Shown here piece by piece: positions 51,538-64,000 of a DNA stretch of 64,000 nt. The stretch comes from an uncultured Cellvibrionales bacterium. Lineage in GTDB: Bacteria; Pseudomonadota; Gammaproteobacteria; Pseudomonadales; CAWVSB01. Each line of letters begins with the position of its first letter. Position 1 is the stretch's first letter. Under the pieces are notes generated by a model. The model saw only the letters and a program-made list of their open reading frames with translations. It was not told the origin of the DNA and made no database searches. The position numbers and the translations under genes were made by a program. Location of the stretch: the NCBI GenBank assembly GCA_963933215.1, contig CAWVSB010000006.1, positions 112,643 through 176,642 of the forward strand. Direction: 5' to 3'.

Positions 51538-51921
51538 TTATTCCTCGCCAGCTACTTCTGCTACCGGACGGTCTACTAACTCTACATAAGCCATCGGTGC
51601 AGCGTCACCCGTACGAAACCCAGCTTTCATAATACGCAAGTAACCACCTGGACGATCTTGATATCGTGGACCGATTTCGGTGAACAACTTACCAACAGCC
51701 GCTTTATCACGCATGCGGCTGAAGGCCAGACGACGGTTAGCAACTGAGTCAACTTTACCCAAGGTAATCATTGGCTCAGCAAAGTGACGTAATTCTTTAG
51801 CTTTAGGCAATGTCGTTTTAATCACTTCGTGATCAAGTAAAGACACAACCATATTGCGAAACATCGCTTTACGGTGTGAGCTGTTACGATTTAATTGACG
51901 GCCCTTATTACGATGACGCAT
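51538..51921 (-). CDS. rplQ: 50S ribosomal protein L17
   Basis: 127 aa. [20 protein letters not shown] is a full-length L17 match. Last gene of the alpha operon. Confidence 0.97.
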   Translation of the reverse strand: MRHRNKGRQLNRNSSHRKAMFRNMVVSLLDHEVIKTTLPKAKELRHFAEPMITLGKVDSVANRRLAFSRMRDKAAVGKLFTEIGPRYQDRPGGYLRIMKAGFRTGDAAPMAYVELVDRPVAEVAGEE

Positions 51922-51972
51922 GTTCGTATTCCTTAATTTTCAAATTCTCGGCTGAGCTTGCGCCCATCATTC

Positions 51973-52977
51973 TCAAGAGCTTAGTAGACGCTCGTCGTTG
52001 CGCAAGCTTGCTGGTGGCCAGTTATCTAAGCGTAAGCCTAGAGATAAACCACGAGATGCCAACACGTCTTTAATTTCAGTTAGTGATTTCTTACCAAGGT
52101 TAGGCGTTTTCAACAACTCAACCTCTGTACGCTGAACGAGATCACCGATGTAGTAGATGCTTTCTGCTTTTAAACAGTTGGCACTACGAACCGTAAGCTC
52201 TAAGTCATCAACTGGGCGCAACAAGATAGGATCAATTTCTTCCTCGGGTATTTCTGGCTCACTTTCACCACCAGTTTCCAGATCAACAAATACTGCTAAT
52301 TGCTGCTGCAATATAGTAGCGGCACGTCGAATAGCTTCTTCTGGGTCTAAAGTACCGTTAGTCTGAAGATCTAATACTAACTTATCTAAGTCAGTACGCT
52401 GTTCAACACGGGCACTATCAACAACATAGGATACACGAGACACAGGGCTGAAAGACGCATCTAACTGTAAACGGCCAATCGGCTTGCTCTCTTCGTCGTC
52501 GCTTTGCATAGCGTCTGCGGCAACATAACCGCGACCTAAAGCAACATTAAGACGCATGTTCAACTCAGTGTTATCGTCTAAGTGAGCAATAACATGATCT
52601 GGGTTAACGATCTCAATGTCAGAGCTAACTTGAATATCAGCACCAGTAACAACACCAGGACCAGTAGCATTCAAGGTAAGTGTCGCTTTTTCCTTACCTT
52701 CCATCACTACCGCTAAACCTTTTAGGTTAAGCAATATTTCAATGACATCTTCGCTCACACCTTCAATAGTGCTGTATTCATGTAACACACCATCGATCTC
52801 AACATCTACAATGGCACAACCTGGCATTGAAGATAAAAGAATGCGACGTAGCGCATTGCCTAAAGTATGGCCAAAACCACGCTCTAAAGGCTCTAAAGTC
52901 ACCTTAGCGTGTGTTGGAGAAACCTGTTCAACAGCGATCACTTTTGGCGTTAAAAATTCTGTAACTGCACCTTGCAT
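51973..52977 (-). CDS. rpoA: DNA-directed RNA polymerase subunit alpha
   Basis: [12 protein letters not shown]... is a full-length RpoA match including the C-terminal domain. I prefer ATG 52977 over the ORF start at 53001. Confidence 0.97.
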   Translation of the reverse strand: MQGAVTEFLTPKVIAVEQVSPTHAKVTLEPLERGFGHTLGNALRRILLSSMPGCAIVDVEIDGVLHEYSTIEGVSEDVIEILLNLKGLAVVMEGKEKATLTLNATGPGVVTGADIQVSSDIEIVNPDHVIAHLDDNTELNMRLNVALGRGYVAADAMQSDDEESKPIGRLQLDASFSPVSRVSYVVDSARVEQRTDLDKLVLDLQTNGTLDPEEAIRRAATILQQQLAVFVDLETGGESEPEIPEEEIDPILLRPVDDLELTVRSANCLKAESIYYIGDLVQRTEVELLKTPNLGKKSLTEIKDVLASRGLSLGLRLDNWPPASLRNDERLLSS

Positions 52978-53009
52978 ATTCACACCTGTAATATTAGTCA
53001 ACTAGCGAA

Positions 53010-53630
53010 TTACTTAGAGTAAAGTTCCACGATCAAATTTTCATTGATCTCTGATGGTAACTCACCGCGATCTGGCAACGCTTTAAGCGTACCTTCAAGC
53101 TTAGTAGTATCAACATCAACCCACTCAACAGCGCCGCGATTAGACGCAACAGCTAGAGAAGATTGGATACGCAATTGCTTTTTAGCTTTCTCACGGATAG
53201 AGACCACATCACCAGCTTCTACCTGATAAGACGGAATGTTTACTCGAGCGCCATTTACCAAAATAGAACTATGAGCTACCAACTGACGTGATTCTGCGCG
53301 CGTTGAACCAAACCCCATGCGATAAACAACATTATCCAAACGCCCTTCAAGCAGTTGCAACAGGTTTTCACCGGTGGCGCCTTTGCGACGAGCCGCTTCT
53401 TTGTAGTAGCCGCGGAATTGTTTTTCTAATACGCCGTATAAACGACGTACTTTTTGTTTTTCACGGAGCTGCACACCGTAGTCAGATAAACGACCACGTC
53501 TTGCGCCTTGAACGCCCGGTAAAGTTTCTGCTTTACACTTAGAATCTAACGAACGAACGCCGCTCTTAAGATAAAGATCTGTACCTTCTCTTCGAGAAAG
53601 CTTACATGTAGGACCAATATATCTAGCCAT
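53010..53630 (-). CDS. rpsD: 30S ribosomal protein S4
   Basis: 206 aa. [19 protein letters not shown] is a full-length S4 match. Confidence 0.97.
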   Translation of the reverse strand: MARYIGPTCKLSRREGTDLYLKSGVRSLDSKCKAETLPGVQGARRGRLSDYGVQLREKQKVRRLYGVLEKQFRGYYKEAARRKGATGENLLQLLEGRLDNVVYRMGFGSTRAESRQLVAHSSILVNGARVNIPSYQVEAGDVVSIREKAKKQLRIQSSLAVASNRGAVEWVDVDTTKLEGTLKALPDRGELPSEINENLIVELYSK

Positions 53631-53657
53631 CGAATTAGTATCCTGCTATCAATTCGC

Positions 53658-54047
53658 TTAAACGCGACGTTTCTTGGAAGGACGACAACCGTTATGTGGA
53701 ATCGGTGTCACGTCGGTTATGTTTGTAATTTTGTAACCACAGTTGTTAAGTGCGCGAATCGCAGATTCACGACCAGGACCTGGGCCCTTCACTTCAACAT
53801 CGAGGTTTTTAAGACCATATTCCAAAGCTGCTGTACCGGCACGCTCAGAAGCAACCTGCGCTGCGAAAGGAGTACTTTTACGAGAACCACGGAAACCTGA
53901 ACCACCAGAAGTTGCCCATGATAGAGCATTACCTTGACGGTCAGTAATTGTAATAATGGTGTTATTGAACGAAGCGTATATGTGCGCTATACCGTCAACA
54001 ACCGACTTTTTGACCTTTTTCTTGGCCACTTTCTTTGGCTGAGCCAT
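53658..54047 (-). CDS. rpsK: 30S ribosomal protein S11
   Basis: 129 aa, full-length S11 match ([18 protein letters not shown]). Confidence 0.97.
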   Translation of the reverse strand: MAQPKKVAKKKVKKSVVDGIAHIYASFNNTIITITDRQGNALSWATSGGSGFRGSRKSTPFAAQVASERAGTAALEYGLKNLDVEVKGPGPGRESAIRALNNCGYKITNITDVTPIPHNGCRPSKKRRV

Positions 54048-54136
54048 ATCTTTCTTTCCTGTCTAATATCAACACTGCAAATTATGATGCAGCTACACTA
54101 AACACGGTTTACTACCGAAGTAGTAACACGAGTTAT

Positions 54137-54493
54137 TTATCGCTTAATAGGACGTCTTGGCCCTTTACGCGTACGAGCATTAGTTTTTGTACGCTGACCA
54201 CGAAGTGGCAGGCCACGGCGGTGACGAACACCACGGTAGCAACCCAAATCAAGCAAACGCTTAATATTCATTGAAACTTCACGACGAAGATCACCTTCAA
54301 CGTCAAGTTTGCCAATCTCACCACGAAGCTCATCAAGTTCCGATTCACTAAGATCACCAATTTTGCTTGCTTCAGCAACACCAGTAGCAGCACAGATACT
54401 GCGCGCTGTAGTACGACCAATACCAAAGATGTAAGTCAGTGAAATCACTGCATGCTTATTATCTGGTATGTTTACACCCGCTATACGAGCCAT
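54137..54493 (-). CDS. rpsM: 30S ribosomal protein S13
   Basis: 118 aa. [10 protein letters not shown] is a full-length S13 match. Confidence 0.97.
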   Translation of the reverse strand: MARIAGVNIPDNKHAVISLTYIFGIGRTTARSICAATGVAEASKIGDLSESELDELRGEIGKLDVEGDLRREVSMNIKRLLDLGCYRGVRHRRGLPLRGQRTKTNARTRKGPRRPIKR

Positions 54494-54634
54494 TCACATT
54501 ACTCCAACACTTTATCTACCGCTAAAACCCAAACTAAAACACTAGCTCTATTTTGGCCTACGCGAAAAGGCGCGAAGGATAACGGCAGATTGCTTAAAAA
54601 TCAACACCAAAGACAAATAATGTCTTTGCCTAAA
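54494..54634 (-). promoter_or_regulatory. rpmJ-rpsM spacer: probable alpha-operon leader (expected S4 autoregulation region)
   Basis: 141-nt untranslated spacer directly upstream of rpsM, with hairpins on the minus strand (caaagaca/tgtctttg; cgcgcc..ggcgcg-like). Assigned by position, by analogy with the E. coli alpha-operon leader; no pseudoknot was verified. Confidence 0.3.
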
Positions 54635-54751
54635 TTAACCTTGACGCTGTTTATGTCTAGGCTCAGCCTTACAAACTACACGTACTGCACCATTGCGCTT
54701 AACAATTTTACAATTACGACAAATTCTCTTCACAGAAGCACGAACTTTCAT
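54635..54751 (-). CDS. rpmJ: 50S ribosomal protein L36
   Basis: Too short for the ORF track. The reverse complement translates to [38 protein letters not shown] (38 aa, zinc-ribbon CxxC...C...H form). Sits between secY and rpsM as expected. Confidence 0.95.
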   Translation of the reverse strand: MKVRASVKRICRNCKIVKRNGAVRVVCKAEPRHKQRQG

Positions 54752-54774
54752 CGGTCACCTCAACTCTTTAGTTA

Positions 54775-56094
54775 CTAGCGGGAACCGCTGTAATTTTTTA
54801 AATTAGACTTATTCATCAGGCCTTCATATTGATGAGACATCATATGAGACTGCACCTGAGACATAAAGTCCATTAACACCACAACCACAATAAGTAGTGA
54901 GGTACCCCCCAAATAAAACGGAACGTTCGCATACACCACCAAAAATTGGGGCATTAGGCATATCGCTGCAATATAAGCCGCACCAAACATAGTTAGCCGA
55001 GTCATAACACCATCGATATACTTTGCAGTGTGCTTGCCTGGACGAATCCCCGGAACAAACGCACCTGAACGCTTCAAATTATCTGCCACTTCATTAGGGT
55101 TAAACATCAACGCTGTATAAAAGAAGCAGAAAAATACAATCAATGCGGTAAACAAGATAATGTTCAATGGCTGGCCTGGACCAATCATTAAAGACAGTTC
55201 TTGTAACCACTCCATACCTTCATTTGACTGACCAAACCACTGGGCAATTGAGGTAGGGAATAATAATAAGCTACTAGCAAATATCGCTGGAATTACACCA
55301 GCCATATTAACCTTAAGCGGCAAGTGACTGCTTTGCGCCGCATAAGTCTGGTTGCCTTGCTGACGCTTTGCATAGTTAACCGCAATACGCCTCTGCCCGC
55401 GCTCTACGCGAACTATAAAATAAATAACCGCTAAGCCAAGGAAACAAATAAGCAATAACATTAATATGTTTAGCTCGCCTTGTCTTGCTTGCTCTAAAGA
55501 CTGACCAATCGCACTTGGCAAACCAGCCACGATACCAGCAAATATAAGCATGGAAATACCATTACCAATGCCACGCTCGGTTACTTGCTCACCGAGCCAC
55601 ATCAAAAATACCGCACCAGTTACTAGCGACACTATTGATACCAGAATAAACGCAGGGCCTGGATCAAACGCTAAACCTTGTGACGCCATCCCTACTGACA
55701 TACCAGTTCCCTGGATAGTGGCTAATAGTACTGTACCGTAACGTGTGTACTGACTGATTTTACGACGACCGGCCTCACCTTCTTTTTTTAGCTGCTCTAA
55801 CTGAGGCACCATTGCTGCCATTAACTGCATAATAATAGACGCAGAAATGTAAGGCATGATCCCTAGCGCCAAAATACTCATGCGCTCTAATGCACCACCA
55901 GAGAACATGTTAAACAAACCCAACATTGTGCCCTGATTTTGACTAAACAAACTGGCTAACTGATCAGGGTTTATTCCAGGTACAGGGATGTGCGTACCAA
56001 TACGGTAAACAATAATAGCCAAGAATAGAAAGCGAAGGCGAGCCCAAAGCTCGCCCATTCCAGATTGACTATTTAATGCTGGACTTTGTGCCAT
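54775..56094 (-). CDS. secY: Preprotein translocase subunit SecY
   Basis: 439 aa, 10-TM SecY sequence. Conserved position at the end of the spc operon. Confidence 0.97.
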   Translation of the reverse strand: MAQSPALNSQSGMGELWARLRFLFLAIIVYRIGTHIPVPGINPDQLASLFSQNQGTMLGLFNMFSGGALERMSILALGIMPYISASIIMQLMAAMVPQLEQLKKEGEAGRRKISQYTRYGTVLLATIQGTGMSVGMASQGLAFDPGPAFILVSIVSLVTGAVFLMWLGEQVTERGIGNGISMLIFAGIVAGLPSAIGQSLEQARQGELNILMLLLICFLGLAVIYFIVRVERGQRRIAVNYAKRQQGNQTYAAQSSHLPLKVNMAGVIPAIFASSLLLFPTSIAQWFGQSNEGMEWLQELSLMIGPGQPLNIILFTALIVFFCFFYTALMFNPNEVADNLKRSGAFVPGIRPGKHTAKYIDGVMTRLTMFGAAYIAAICLMPQFLVVYANVPFYLGGTSLLIVVVVLMDFMSQVQSHMMSHQYEGLMNKSNLKNYSGSR

Positions 56095-56544
56095 TTATTC
56101 CTCGATCTTACCGCCAGCGGCTTCAATAGCTTCGCGAGCACCTTTAGAAGCAGGGATACCTTTTAAGGTTACTGCTTGCTTGATTTCACCCGACAAAAAT
56201 ACTTTTGCACGCTGAATGTGGCTACCGATTAGACCAGCTGCTTTAAGGGCTGCAATATCAATCACATCGGCTTTAACGCTGTTTAACTCGGCTAGACGTA
56301 CTTCTGCACTAATGCGTGAAACACGTGACGTAAAACCATACTTAGGTAAACGCTTCTGGATAGGCATCTGACCACCTTCAAAACCAGGTCTGACGCCACC
56401 ACCGGTACGAGACTTCTGACCTTTATGGCCACGACCTGCTGTCTTACCTAACCCGCTAGCAATACCCCGACCAGCACGCTTAGCGCTAGGGCGGCTACCA
56501 GGAGCCGGACTTAAATTATTTAACTGCATACCTTCATCACTCAT
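56095..56544 (-). CDS. rplO: 50S ribosomal protein L15
   Basis: L15 sequence ([10 protein letters not shown]....[18 protein letters not shown]). ATG 56544 has a GAGGA RBS. ATG 56529 would match the E. coli N-terminus. Confidence 0.95.
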   Translation of the reverse strand: MSDEGMQLNNLSPAPGSRPSAKRAGRGIASGLGKTAGRGHKGQKSRTGGGVRPGFEGGQMPIQKRLPKYGFTSRVSRISAEVRLAELNSVKADVIDIAALKAAGLIGSHIQRAKVFLSGEIKQAVTLKGIPASKGAREAIEAAGGKIEE

Positions 56545-56546
56545 GA

Positions 56547-56732
56547 CTAAGCTTCCTCGACCTTTATAAGGTAGTTGACCTTATTGATCATGCCACGGAC
56601 TGAAGGAGTATCCTCTACTTCAACCGTATGACGAATACGACGCAAACCTAGACCTGCTATACATGCCCTATGGGCAGGCAAGCGGCCAGCGGCGCTGCGC
56701 AACTGTGTTACTTTGATCATTTTCTTGGCCAT
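56547..56732 (-). CDS. rpmD: 50S ribosomal protein L30
   Basis: From ATG 56732: [46 protein letters not shown], a full-length L30 match. Confidence 0.95.
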   Translation of the reverse strand: MAKKMIKVTQLRSAAGRLPAHRACIAGLGLRRIRHTVEVEDTPSVRGMINKVNYLIKVEEA

Positions 56733-56745
56733 TATATTACTTGCC

Positions 56746-57261
56746 TCAACCCGTAATTTCATCTACTGACAAGCCACGCTTGGCAGCAATTTCTGCTGGA
56801 GAACGCATAACGCTTAACGCTTTAACCGTCGCACGTACAACATTCACAGGATTAGTAGAGCCATAGCACTTGGCTAATACGTTATTCACGCCAGCCAATT
56901 CTAATACTGCTCTCATCGCGCCACCGGCAATTATGCCAGTACCTTGCGATGCAGGCTGCATGTATACCTTAGAGGCACCATGGTTAGCTTTCACAGCGTA
57001 TTGAATAGTGTCGCCATTGAGATCTACTTTGATCATGTTTCGGCGCGCGCTTTCCATTGCCTTTTGAATAGCAACCGGAACTTCACGTGCTTTACCACGA
57101 CCGAATCCAACTTTACCTTCGCCGTCACCAACAACTGTTAGCGCAGTGAAACCAAAAATACGACCACCTTTAACAACTTTCGCTACACGATTAACTTGTA
57201 CTAGTTTCTCTTGTAAGCCATCAGTCTGACCCTTGCCGCCTTGCTCTTTGTTATATGCCAT
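56746..57261 (-). CDS. rpsE: 30S ribosomal protein S5
   Basis: 171 aa, full-length S5 match ([23 protein letters not shown]). Confidence 0.97.
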   Translation of the reverse strand: MAYNKEQGGKGQTDGLQEKLVQVNRVAKVVKGGRIFGFTALTVVGDGEGKVGFGRGKAREVPVAIQKAMESARRNMIKVDLNGDTIQYAVKANHGASKVYMQPASQGTGIIAGGAMRAVLELAGVNNVLAKCYGSTNPVNVVRATVKALSVMRSPAEIAAKRGLSVDEITG

Positions 57262-57270
57262 GTCTCTACC

Positions 57271-57621
57271 TTACAGTTCCAGTCCAGCTTCACGTGCACC
57301 ATCAGCCAAAGCTTGCACTCGCCCATGATATTTAAAACCACTACGGTCAAAAGCTACTTTTGTAACACCAGCCGCTTTAGCTCGTTCGGCAATTAATTTA
57401 CCAACCGCTGCTGCTGCGTCGATATTACCAGTAGCACTGCCACGCAGATCACTATCTAGAGTTGACGCCGCTGCTAATACATTACCACCGTCTTCAGAAA
57501 TAACCTGAGCGTACATGTGACGCGGAGTACGGTGGATACACAAGCGCTGTGCTCCGATACTACGCATCTTGGCACGGCCACGGCGGGCTCTGCGAAGTCT
57601 TGCTGTCTTTTTGTCGCTCAT
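57271..57621 (-). CDS. rplR: 50S ribosomal protein L18
   Basis: 116 aa, full-length L18 match. Confidence 0.97.
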   Translation of the reverse strand: MSDKKTARLRRARRGRAKMRSIGAQRLCIHRTPRHMYAQVISEDGGNVLAAASTLDSDLRGSATGNIDAAAAVGKLIAERAKAAGVTKVAFDRSGFKYHGRVQALADGAREAGLEL

Positions 57622-57633
57622 TAGGCTACCCGT

Positions 57634-58161
57634 TTACTTTTTCTTGGTTTCTTTACGACGAACATGCTCATCACTATAGCGAACACCTTTACCTTTATAA
57701 GGCTCTGGTGGACGAAAAGCGCGAATCTCTGCCGCAACTTGACCAACTTGCTGTTTGTCTGCGCCCTTCACAACAATTTCAGTTTGTGTTGGAGTTTCTG
57801 CAGTTACCCCTGTAGGTAACTGATAATCTACCGGATGGGAAAAACCCAAAGTTAGACTTAATACATCACCGCTCGTTTTAGCACGATAACCAACACCGTT
57901 TAATAACAGCTTTTTCTCAAAGCCCTTACCAACGCCAATAACCATGTTGTTTACTAAGACCCGCATAGTACCGGCCATAGCACTTGCCTTAGGATTTTTA
58001 CCTTCAAAACTAAGAACATTATCGTCCTGCTTAACAGCTACAGTGTCATGCACTGTTAACTCAAGCGAGCCGTTTTTACCTTTTACAGCTACATGCTGTC
58101 CGGTAAGCTTTAGCTCTACGCCAGCTGGTATTTCTACCGGTGTTTTTGCAACTCTTGACAT
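57634..58161 (-). CDS. rplF: 50S ribosomal protein L6
   Basis: 175 aa. [15 protein letters not shown] is a full-length L6 match. Confidence 0.97.
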   Translation of the reverse strand: MSRVAKTPVEIPAGVELKLTGQHVAVKGKNGSLELTVHDTVAVKQDDNVLSFEGKNPKASAMAGTMRVLVNNMVIGVGKGFEKKLLLNGVGYRAKTSGDVLSLTLGFSHPVDYQLPTGVTAETPTQTEIVVKGADKQQVGQVAAEIRAFRPPEPYKGKGVRYSDEHVRRKETKKK

Positions 58162-58187
58162 TTTAATCTACCGTCCGAGAATCAGGC

Positions 58188-58583
58188 TTAAAAAACAGTG
58201 CAAAGCACTTCACCACCAACACCAGCAGCACGTGCTGCACGGTCGGTCATTAGACCCTTGCTGGTCGATACAATCGCAACACCAAGACCACCGCGTACTA
58301 CCGGTAGCTCATCTTTGTTACTGTATAAACGCAAACCAGGGCGACTAATGCGAGTAATCTCTTCGATTACCGAGCGGCCTTCATAATATTTCAAACCGAT
58401 AGTAAGCGTTGGCTTACCATCTACGTCTGTTGTTTCAACTGTGTCAACATAACCTTCTTGCTTAAGCACGTCGGCAACAGATGATTTTAGCTTAGAGCCA
58501 GGCATAACAACCGTCTGCATCTGCGCCATCTGCGCATTGCGAATTCTAGTTAACATATCGGCTAATGGATCTTGCATACTCAT
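58188..58583 (-). CDS. rpsH: 30S ribosomal protein S8
   Basis: 131 aa. [17 protein letters not shown] is a full-length S8 match. Confidence 0.97.
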   Translation of the reverse strand: MSMQDPLADMLTRIRNAQMAQMQTVVMPGSKLKSSVADVLKQEGYVDTVETTDVDGKPTLTIGLKYYEGRSVIEEITRISRPGLRLYSNKDELPVVRGGLGVAIVSTSKGLMTDRAARAAGVGGEVLCTVF

Positions 58584-58607
58584 AATTGAGTCTCTCCTGA
58601 ATACCTA

Positions 58608-58913
58608 TTACCAGCTAGATTTAACTAGGCCTGGAACATCTCCACGCATAGCTGCTTGACGTAACTGATTACGACATAAACCAAACTTGCGATATACGCC
58701 ATGTGGTCGGCCAGTTAATGCGCAACGACGACGCTGGCGAGTTGGGCCCGCGTCACGAGGTAGCTTTTGTAAAGCAACCTGCGCTTCCCAACGCTCTTCT
58801 TCAGTAGCAGTTACGCTATTGATAGTTTTCTTTAAACCAGCACGCTTTTCAGCATACTTGGCTACTATTTTCGTGCGCTTTGCTTCACGCGCGATCATTG
58901 ATAACTTTGCCAT
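58608..58913 (-). CDS. rpsN: 30S ribosomal protein S14
   Basis: 101 aa, long non-zinc form of S14, ending ...[11 protein letters not shown]. Confidence 0.97.
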   Translation of the reverse strand: MAKLSMIAREAKRTKIVAKYAEKRAGLKKTINSVTATEEERWEAQVALQKLPRDAGPTRQRRRCALTGRPHGVYRKFGLCRNQLRQAAMRGDVPGLVKSSW

Positions 58914-58927
58914 ACTTTCGTCTGCCC

Positions 58928-59467
58928 CTAGCTTTTCAATGGAAAATTGAATGCACGCAAAAGTGCGCGACCTTCGTCATCATTTCGAGCTGTCGTAGTG
59001 ATGACAACATCCATACCGCGCAACTTATCAATCTTATCGTAATCGATTTCAGGAAAGATAATTTGCTCAGTAACACCCATTGCGAAATTTCCGCGACCAT
59101 CAAACTGCTTAGGGCTTATGCCACGAAAGTCGCGGATACGAGGGATCGAGATAGAAATCAAGCGATCCAAGAATTCGTACATACGCTCGCTACGCAAAGT
59201 AACCTTGGCACCAATTGGCCAACCTTCACGTACTTTAAAACCAGCAATTGATTTACGTGCGAGAGTAACAACTGGCTTTTGACCACCGATCTGAGTTAAG
59301 TCACTCACAGCGTGCTGCAAAACCTTTTTGTCACCTAACGCTTCACCAATACCCATATTAAGGGTTATTTTAGTGATACGTGGCACTTCCATCACATTCT
59401 TCAAACCTAGCTCTTCTTTAAGCTTGGCATGAATTTCATTATCGTAAACTTCTTTTAACCTTGACAT
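58928..59467 (-). CDS. rplE: 50S ribosomal protein L5
   Basis: 179 aa, full-length L5 match. Confidence 0.97.
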   Translation of the reverse strand: MSRLKEVYDNEIHAKLKEELGLKNVMEVPRITKITLNMGIGEALGDKKVLQHAVSDLTQIGGQKPVVTLARKSIAGFKVREGWPIGAKVTLRSERMYEFLDRLISISIPRIRDFRGISPKQFDGRGNFAMGVTEQIIFPEIDYDKIDKLRGMDVVITTTARNDDEGRALLRAFNFPLKS

Positions 59468-59489
59468 TACGGCTACCTATAACCTTGAG

Positions 59490-59804
59490 CTACGCGTCTA
59501 CTGCTTCGCCGGTTGACTTGAAGATACGTACCTTCTTATCACCGTCGACTTTAAATCCAATACGATCAGCCTTGTTTGTTGCAGAATTAAAGATTGCAAC
59601 ATTAGACCCTTGTATAGGCGCTTCTTTTTCAACGATACCACCAGCCACGCCCGCTTGAGGATTTGGCTTAGTGTGTTTTTTAATCATATTAATACCAGTA
59701 ACAATCATCCGACCATTATCTTGCACTTTTACGACCTTACCGCGCTTACCTTTATCTTTCCCGGTAAGTACGACAACATCATCGTCACGTTTTATTTTAG
59801 ACAT
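59490..59804 (-). CDS. rplX: 50S ribosomal protein L24
   Basis: 104 aa, with KOW motif ([15 protein letters not shown]). Confidence 0.97.
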   Translation of the reverse strand: MSKIKRDDDVVVLTGKDKGKRGKVVKVQDNGRMIVTGINMIKKHTKPNPQAGVAGGIVEKEAPIQGSNVAIFNSATNKADRIGFKVDGDKKVRIFKSTGEAVDA

Positions 59805-59835
59805 TTCAAAAACCTCGCCTCGTTCTGATCCGGAC

Positions 59836-60204
59836 TTAAAGTACTTCCGGAGCCAACGAGATAATTTTCATAAACTTTTCAGAGCGTAACTCACGAGTCA
59901 CTGGTCCAAAAATACGAGTACCAATTGGCTGCTGCTGAGCATTTAATAACACAGCTGCGTTATCATCAAATTTAATCAATGACCCGTCATCACGACGAAC
60001 GCCTTTTTTGGTACGAACAACTAATGCATCCATTACCTGGCCTTTCTTCACCTTACCGCGAGGAATTGCTTCCTTAACAGTAACTTTAATCAAGTCACCT
60101 ACGCGAGCATAGCGACGATGAGAGCCACCTAATACTTTGATACACATAACGCGGCGAGCACCGCTATTATCTGCAACATCTAAATAACTTTCTGTCTGAA
60201 TCAT
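59836..60204 (-). CDS. rplN: 50S ribosomal protein L14
   Basis: 122 aa. [17 protein letters not shown] is a full-length L14 match. Confidence 0.98.
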   Translation of the reverse strand: MIQTESYLDVADNSGARRVMCIKVLGGSHRRYARVGDLIKVTVKEAIPRGKVKKGQVMDALVVRTKKGVRRDDGSLIKFDDNAAVLLNAQQQPIGTRIFGPVTRELRSEKFMKIISLAPEVL

Positions 60205-60246
60205 CTTGCAACTCCGCCAATAACAGGCTTTTAGTTTTGCCTACCC

Positions 60247-60510
60247 TTAAAGCTGGGCAGCCTGCTCTTCTACACGTACCAACTTCCAAGTCTTAGACTT
60301 AGAGATAGGACGAGTCTCTTGAATAGTTACCACGTCACCCGAATTACATTCGTTGCTCTCATCATGAGCATGCAACTTAGTAGAACGAGTCATGTACTTA
60401 CCATACACAGGATGCTTAACGCGACGCTCAACCAATACGGTGATTGTCTTATCCATTTTGTCACTAACGACTTTACCAGTCACAGTGCGGACAACATTTT
60501 GCTCTGTCAT
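60247..60510 (-). CDS. rpsQ: 30S ribosomal protein S17
   Basis: 87 aa, full-length S17 match. Confidence 0.97.
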   Translation of the reverse strand: MTEQNVVRTVTGKVVSDKMDKTITVLVERRVKHPVYGKYMTRSTKLHAHDESNECNSGDVVTIQETRPISKSKTWKLVRVEEQAAQL

Positions 60511-60512
60511 TG

Positions 60513-60704
60513 TTAGCTACCTGCCTTTTCAGTAAGCACTGTATTTACTCTTGCAATGTCGCGACGAGTTGCTTTCAGCAAGTGGATTTGACCCAACTGG
60601 CCGGTAGCATTTTGAGTCCGAAGATTAAACTGCTCTTTATGCAGTTTAATTAGCTCTCCGTTCAATTCGTCTACTGACTTTTCGCGTAATTCTTTTGCGC
60701 TCAT
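60513..60704 (-). CDS. rpmC: 50S ribosomal protein L29
   Basis: 63 aa, full-length L29 match. Confidence 0.96.
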   Translation of the reverse strand: MSAKELREKSVDELNGELIKLHKEQFNLRTQNATGQLGQIHLLKATRRDIARVNTVLTEKAGS

Positions 60705-61117
60705 TACATCACCGTCCTTCTAACGAAGGTGGTTGCCAAAGGTAATTTAGCCGCCGCTAAAGCAAATGCTTCACGCGCCATTTCTTCGGTTACACCTTCA
60801 ACTTCATAAAGTACTTTACCAGGCTGAACTTGCGCCACCCAGTATTCAACATTACCTTTACCTTTACCTTGACGTACTTCTAAAGGCTTTTTAGTAATCG
60901 GTTTGTCAGGGAAAACTCGGATCCAAATTTTACCGCCACGTTTAATGTGACGAGTCATCGCACGACGGGCTGCTTCAATCTGCCTAGCAGTGATACGGCC
61001 GCGACCTGTTGCTTTGAGTCCGAACTCTCCAAATGACACCTTGCTTCCGCGAAGTGCTAGGCCGCGATTACGACCTTTCATCATCTTACGGAACTTGGTT
61101 CTTTTTGGCTGTAACAT
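60704..61117 (-). CDS. rplP: 50S ribosomal protein L16
   Basis: 137 aa. [11 protein letters not shown] is a full-length L16 match. Confidence 0.98.
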   Translation of the reverse strand: MLQPKRTKFRKMMKGRNRGLALRGSKVSFGEFGLKATGRGRITARQIEAARRAMTRHIKRGGKIWIRVFPDKPITKKPLEVRQGKGKGNVEYWVAQVQPGKVLYEVEGVTEEMAREAFALAAAKLPLATTFVRRTVM

Positions 61118-61128
61118 CTATAAAACCC

Positions 61129-61800
61129 TTACTTAGCTGTTTTCGCGCCAGCGGTTTGACCCGCGTCTTCGTTACCCAAGATCTCGCCTTTGAAGATCCA
61201 CACTTTGATACCAATAATTCCGTATCCAGTTAAAGCTTCGTATGCAGCGTAATCAATATCTGCTCTCAATGTATGCAAAGGAACTCGCCCTTCACGATAC
61301 CATTCAGAACGTGCTATTTCAGCTCCACCTAAACGTCCACCAACTTGTATCTTGATACCTTGAGCACCTTGACGCATAGCATTCTGGACTACGCGTTTCA
61401 TCGCGCGGCGGAACATTACACGACGCTCTAGTTGTGACGCAACATTTTGCGCAACTAACTTAGCATCTAAATCTGGCTTACGAATTTCTTCGATATTGAT
61501 TTGAACAGGAACGCCCATTTTCTCTGTAAGTTCACGGCGTAACTTATCAACATCTTCACCTTTCTTACCGATCACCACGCCTGGACGTGCAGTATGAATA
61601 GTGATTCGAGCTGACTGCGCAGGCCTTTCGATAACAACTTTACTTATCGAAGCCTTTTCTAATTTTTTCTCAACATACTCACGTACTTGTATGTCATTGA
61701 TTAGGTTTTTCGCATAGTTCTGCGAGTTCGCATACCAGACCGAATTATGGTCTTTAATGATACCAAGCCTAATGCCTATCGGATGTACTTTTTGACCCAT
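61129..61800 (-). CDS. rpsC: 30S ribosomal protein S3
   Basis: 223 aa. [14 protein letters not shown] is a full-length S3 match. Confidence 0.98.
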   Translation of the reverse strand: MGQKVHPIGIRLGIIKDHNSVWYANSQNYAKNLINDIQVREYVEKKLEKASISKVVIERPAQSARITIHTARPGVVIGKKGEDVDKLRRELTEKMGVPVQINIEEIRKPDLDAKLVAQNVASQLERRVMFRRAMKRVVQNAMRQGAQGIKIQVGGRLGGAEIARSEWYREGRVPLHTLRADIDYAAYEALTGYGIIGIKVWIFKGEILGNEDAGQTAGAKTAK

Positions 61801-61820
61801 CTCTGAGGACTCCTTTCGCC

Positions 61821-62153
61821 TTAGCTATCTGATACTTTAATGGTGATGTGGCATGAACGTTTCATGATGCGATCAGCACGGCCTTTGGCACGAGGCTTAA
61901 TACGCTTCATTGTCATACCTTCATCTACATAGATAGTCGATACACGCAATTCATCAATGTCAGCACCTTCATTGTGCTCAGCATTGGCAATAGCGGAATC
62001 TAATACCTTCTTAACGATACCCGCAGCTTTTTTAGTACTGAATGTTAATTCATTCAAAGCTACTTCTATCGACTTACCACGAATCTGGTCAGCGACTAGA
62101 CGGGCTTTTTGCGCCGATATACGGGCACCCTTTAATTTAGCGGCTACTTCCAT
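61821..62153 (-). CDS. rplV: 50S ribosomal protein L22
   Basis: 110 aa, full-length L22 match. Confidence 0.97.
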   Translation of the reverse strand: MEVAAKLKGARISAQKARLVADQIRGKSIEVALNELTFSTKKAAGIVKKVLDSAIANAEHNEGADIDELRVSTIYVDEGMTMKRIKPRAKGRADRIMKRSCHITIKVSDS

Positions 62154-62169
62154 TTCTCTTAACCCCTAT

Positions 62170-62445
62170 CTATCGCTTGGCTTTCTTATCGACCGCGTGA
62201 CCTTTATAGGTACGGGTTGATGCGAATTCGCCTAATTTATGTCCAACCATGTCTTCAGTTACGAATACAGGCACATGTTGACGACCGTTATGAACTGCAA
62301 TCGTCAAACCAACCATTTCTGGAAAGATTGTCGAACGGCGAGACCAAGTTTTAATTGGTCGCTTGTCGTTTGCATCTAGAGCCGTCTCTACCTTCTTTAG
62401 AAGGTGTAGATCAATAAACGGACCTTTTTTTAATGAACGTGGCAC
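62170..62445 (-). CDS. rpsS: 30S ribosomal protein S19
   Basis: 91 aa. [19 protein letters not shown] is a full-length S19 match. Confidence 0.98.
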   Translation of the reverse strand: MPRSLKKGPFIDLHLLKKVETALDANDKRPIKTWSRRSTIFPEMVGLTIAVHNGRQHVPVFVTEDMVGHKLGEFASTRTYKGHAVDKKAKR

Positions 62446-62477
62446 AATATTTCCTCGCTTTTACCGTTTACGGCCGC

Positions 62478-63305
62478 TTACTTCTTGCCGCGACGACGGA
62501 CAATTAATTTATCCGTACGCTTATTACTACGTGTTTTATAACCCTTAGTCGGGGTTCCCCAAGGTGATACAGGATGACGACCACCAGAAGTACGACCTTC
62601 ACCACCACCATGCGGGTGATCAACCGGGTTCATTGCAACACCACGAACCGTAGGTCTAACTCCACGCCAGCGAGTTGCACCAGCCTTACCTAAAGAACGC
62701 AAACTATGCTCGCTGTTAGAAACTTCACCCATTGTTGCACGACAGTCTGACAATACTTTGCGCATCTCGCCTGAACGAAGACGCAAAGTTGCATACTGAT
62801 TATCACGCGCTACTAACTGAGCTGAAGTACCGGCACTACGTGCAATTTGAGCACCCTTACCTGGTTTCATCTCTACACAATGAACAACACTACCCAAAGG
62901 AATGTTACGCAAAGGCAGTGTATTACCTGCTTTAATTGGAGCTGCATCTCCAGAGATCAATTGATCACCAGCGCTAACACCTTTTGCTGCAATCACATAG
63001 CGACGTTCGCCATCTGCATACAACAACAACGCAATGTTTGCAGTACGGTTTGGATCGTACTCAAGACGCTCAACCTTCGCAGGAATCCCATCTTTATTGC
63101 GCTTAAAATCAACCATACGGTAGTGTTGCTTATGCCCACCACCAACGTGACGAGTTGTAATACGACCAGCGTTATTACGACCACCACTTTTAGACTTCTT
63201 CTCTAGCAACGCTTTATGCGGCGCGCCTTTATGCAGATCAGGATTAACCACCTTAACTACAAAGCGACGACCTGGAGAAGTAGGTTTTGATTTAACTATA
63301 GCCAT
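62478..63305 (-). CDS. rplB: 50S ribosomal protein L2
   Basis: 275 aa, full-length L2 match ([13 protein letters not shown]). Confidence 0.98.
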   Translation of the reverse strand: MAIVKSKPTSPGRRFVVKVVNPDLHKGAPHKALLEKKSKSGGRNNAGRITTRHVGGGHKQHYRMVDFKRNKDGIPAKVERLEYDPNRTANIALLLYADGERRYVIAAKGVSAGDQLISGDAAPIKAGNTLPLRNIPLGSVVHCVEMKPGKGAQIARSAGTSAQLVARDNQYATLRLRSGEMRKVLSDCRATMGEVSNSEHSLRSLGKAGATRWRGVRPTVRGVAMNPVDHPHGGGEGRTSGGRHPVSPWGTPTKGYKTRSNKRTDKLIVRRRGKK

Positions 63306-63319
63306 TTACCTAACTCCCC

Positions 63320-63613
63320 TTAAACCGCGTCAGCGAAGTCAATTTCTTGACCTTCAGCTAGCTTTACGTATGCTTTTTTCCAGTTCGCTTTGCGAACATC
63401 ACCGAATCGGTTGCGTTTAACTTTGCCTTTTACATTCAGCACATTAACCGACTCAACCTTTACACTAAACAGCTTCTCAATAGCTTTTTTTATCTCAGGC
63501 TTAGTCGCATCAACTGCCACTCTAAATACAACCTGATTACCAGCTTCTGCTGCCAATGCCGCTTTCTCAGAAATATGAGGAGCCTGAATTATCTTGTATA
63601 GATGCACGCTCAT
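63320..63613 (-). CDS. rplW: 50S ribosomal protein L23
   Basis: 97 aa, full-length L23 match. Confidence 0.96.
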   Translation of the reverse strand: MSVHLYKIIQAPHISEKAALAAEAGNQVVFRVAVDATKPEIKKAIEKLFSVKVESVNVLNVKGKVKRNRFGDVRKANWKKAYVKLAEGQEIDFADAV

Positions 63614-64000
63614 GACAACATCTCCTCAATCTTCTTCAGCGCTGAAACAGTTATCAACACCTTTTCTGAACCAACCAGACTAACTGGATTTACAGCCGCA
63701 ACATCACTTACGTTTACTTTATGCAAGTTGCGTGAAGCAAGGTACAAGTTTTGATTAACCTCTTCGGTTACAATCAATACACTGTTTAAGCCCATATCAG
63801 TCAACTGCTTAACTAATAGCTTGGTCTTTGGCTCTACTACTTCAAAATTCTCAACTATAATCAATCGTTCACTACGTGCTAGCTCAGAAACAATTGAGCT
63901 CATTGCAGCACGGTACATTTTACGATTAACTTTTTGCGAATGATCTTGTGGACGAGCAGCGAACGTTACGCCACCGCCGCGCCAAAGCGGGCTACGTATA
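63610..64000 (-). CDS. rplD: 50S ribosomal protein L4, C-terminal part (5' end outside window)
   Basis: The frame stays open to the window edge. The C-terminal L4 sequence and its 4-nt overlap with rplW match the conserved S10-operon order. Confidence 0.93.
   Translation of the reverse strand, partial: IRSPLWRGGGVTFAARPQDHSQKVNRKMYRAAMSSIVSELARSERLIIVENFEVVEPKTKLLVKQLTDMGLNSVLIVTEEVNQNLYLASRNLHKVNVSDVAAVNPVSLVGSEKVLITVSALKKIEEMLS

Overview
This 64-kb window looks like core chromosome of a moderately AT-rich gammaproteobacterium. By gene order it resembles Pseudomonadales/Oceanospirillales; the species cannot be named from the sequence alone. I support about 75 protein genes.

Gene content, left to right:
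- 1-11 kb: housekeeping and metabolic genes (slt fragment, TauD-like dioxygenase, GATase, AGCS symporter, ubiX, di-haem peroxidase-like lipoprotein, elaA, grxD, argD-argF, glpK).
- 11.0-12.4 kb: a short AT-rich patch holding an orphan ORF and a decayed DUF924 pseudogene.
- 12.4-17.8 kb: arfB, then a three-gene two-component module.
- 17.8-22.0 kb: a tightly packed minus-strand string of acyltransferase, very acidic protein, dinG and yqcC.
- 22-29 kb: small envelope genes, rpsT and proB-obg-rpmA-rplU.
- 29-40 kb: ispB, pgi, algC-galU-manC, fabA-fabB, ssb and an MFS transporter.
- 40.4-48.5 kb: an 8-kb type IV pilus minor-pilin/PilY1 cluster (fimT-fimU-pilV-pilW-pilX-orf-pilY1-pilE).
- 48.6-51.5 kb: uvrA.
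- 51.5-64 kb: the alpha, spc and most of the S10 ribosomal-protein operons, from rplQ to a partial rplD. This includes rpmJ, which is missing from the ORF track.

I saw no rRNA, tRNA, CRISPR array, transposase, integrase or recognisable defence or toxin genes. I found no clear novel multi-gene system.

The observations most worth follow-up are:
- the kinase-to-kinase signalling trio;
- the strongly acidic protein translationally coupled to DinG;
- the pilus cluster: a FimT carrying a GRxR motif, a PilY1 whose vWA domain is interrupted by a Cys-rich insertion of about 330 aa, and an extra secreted ORF;
- several small regulatory-looking sequence motifs.

All functional calls rest on my recognition of the translated sequences and motifs. 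No database search was run.
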